DNA of 39,228 nucleotides from Octopus bimaculoides (Eukaryota): NCBI RefSeq assembly GCF_001194135.2, contig NC_068988.1, positions 97,127,231-97,166,458 on the forward strand, in the 5' to 3' direction. Below, piece by piece: positions 37,735-39,228 of this stretch. Numbering within the stretch: the stretch's first letter is position 1; the number at the start of each line of letters is the position of its first letter. Under the pieces are notes generated by a model, which was not told the DNA's origin, made no database searches, and saw only the letters and a program-made list of their open reading frames with translations. A program made the translations under genes and the position numbers.

Positions 37735-37865
37735 CGCTATACACACGTACAATAACACAGATTTACATTCGTACGCACGAGTACACACATACAGACACAC
37801 ACACACACAATCCTAACCCGATGGAACAGTGGAAGAAACAGACAGTGGTACTTTGCTCGTGTTCT

Positions 37866-37957
37866 ACGCACATACACACGCACACAGCCATACGCACATA
37901 CACACGCACACAGCCATACGCACATACACACGCACACAGCCATACGCACATACACAC
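37866..37957. repeat. 26-bp minisatellite, 3.5 perfect copies
   Basis: Unit acgcacatacacacgcacacagccat at 37866, 37892 and 37918, partial at 37944. Confidence 0.92.
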
Positions 37958-38608
37958 TGCACAGATTCTCAATGTCACACACACATTGCATGTACAAGTA
38001 GTAGGCCATTCACACACNNNNNNNNNNNNNNNNNNNNNNNNNNNNNNNNNNNNNNNNNNNNNNNNNNNNNNNNNNNNNNNNNNNNNNNNNNNNNNNNNNN
38101 NNNNNNNNNNNNNNNNNNNNNNNNNNNNNNNNNNNNNNNNNNNNNNNNNNNNNNNNNNNNNNNNNNNNNNNNNNNNNNNNNNNNNNNNNNNNNNNNNNNN
38201 NNNNNNNNNNNNNNNNNNNNNNNNNNNNNNNNNNNNNNNNNNNNNNNNNNNNNNNNNNNNNNNNNNNNNNNNNNNNNNNNNNNNNNNNNNNNNNNNNNNN
38301 NNNNNNNNNNNNNNNNNNNNNNNNNNNNNNNNNNNNNNNNNNNNNNNNNNNNNNNNNNNNNNNNNNNNNNNNNNNNNNNNNNNNNNNNNNNNNNNNNNNN
38401 NNNNNNNNNNNNNNNNNNNNNNNNNNNNNNNNNNNNNNNNNNNNNNNNNNNNNNNNNNNNNNNNNNNNNNNNNNNNNNNNNNNNNNNNNNNNNNNNNNNN
38501 NNNNNNNNNNNNNNNNNNNNNNNNNNNNNNNNNNNNNNNNNNNNNNNNNNNNNNNNNNNNNNNNNNNNTATGTATGTTTACATACATAGATACACATACA
38601 CCGTACAA

Positions 38609-38652
<44 letters not shown>

Positions 38653-38714
38653 ACACACACACTCACACACCCACACGCACACTCACACACCCACACGCAC
38701 ACACATGGCCTTTT

Positions 38715-38880
38715 TTTTACCCTGGGCGTAGCTGCAACCCTGACCAGTGCTACTACTCCAGGTCAGAGTAGACCTGAGAACAATAATGGCTAAGAGATGG
38801 TCCCCACACTCCTCACAACCCTACAGCTCCTGAACTCGTGTGCACCAGTATCGAATGAAGTTTTCAGCCCTTCCCAGATG
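38715..38880. other. GC-richer block, possibly an unclassified interspersed repeat
   Basis: About 50% GC between microsatellites, with a small hairpin caggtc-agagta-gacctg (38759-38776). It reminds me of an octopus repeat, but has no second copy here. Confidence 0.25.
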
Positions 38881-39178
38881 AAGCCCGTCAGCACTTCGCG
38901 TAAGAGAAAGTAAGTCCATATAAACGCTGCTCCCTGATAACTACTGGGCTTCTGGTACTTGTTGGACAAGATCAGTACTGGGTGGTACAAACGTGAGGGT
39001 GCGACTGGCTCTGCACAAATCATTACCAACTATAAGAATATTCACCGTACAGATTGTTCAGCAAAGTGGTTTCGATTTCGTTAATTTGGGATTAAATGAC
39101 ATTAACAACAAAAACAACATTCGGAGAAGTTAGGTATTATGAACCAATTAAAAATAACAGCGAAATCTCCCTCAAAAG

Positions 39179-39180
<2 letters not shown>

Positions 39181-39228
<48 letters not shown>
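39181..39228. repeat. (GT)n microsatellite at the window end
   Basis: Read directly. Confidence 0.95.

Overview
Eukaryotic, AT-rich, essentially non-coding DNA from a gapped short-read scaffold: 13 N-runs totalling about 5.3 kb, most flanked by microsatellites. The repeat families and extreme microsatellite load point to an octopod cephalopod such as Octopus (inference, no database search). No host protein-coding gene, RNA gene or CRISPR array can be supported; most supplied ORFs are microsatellite or N read-throughs. Recognisable content: about 16 copies or fragments of two tRNA-headed SINE families (called A and B here), two short unclassified repeats (D, F), two RTE-clade LINE relics, CR1-group and other LINE 3' fragments, a truncated Tc1-like transposon and a 285-bp TA-flanked MITE. 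The most unusual items are a perfect, spacerless 182-bp palindrome, an RTE relic with an inverted 5' segment, an RTE relic with endonuclease fused in frame to RT, a Penelope-type hammerhead-like motif, and a retroelement strand bias that flips near 30-32 kb. I found no convincing new multi-gene system.
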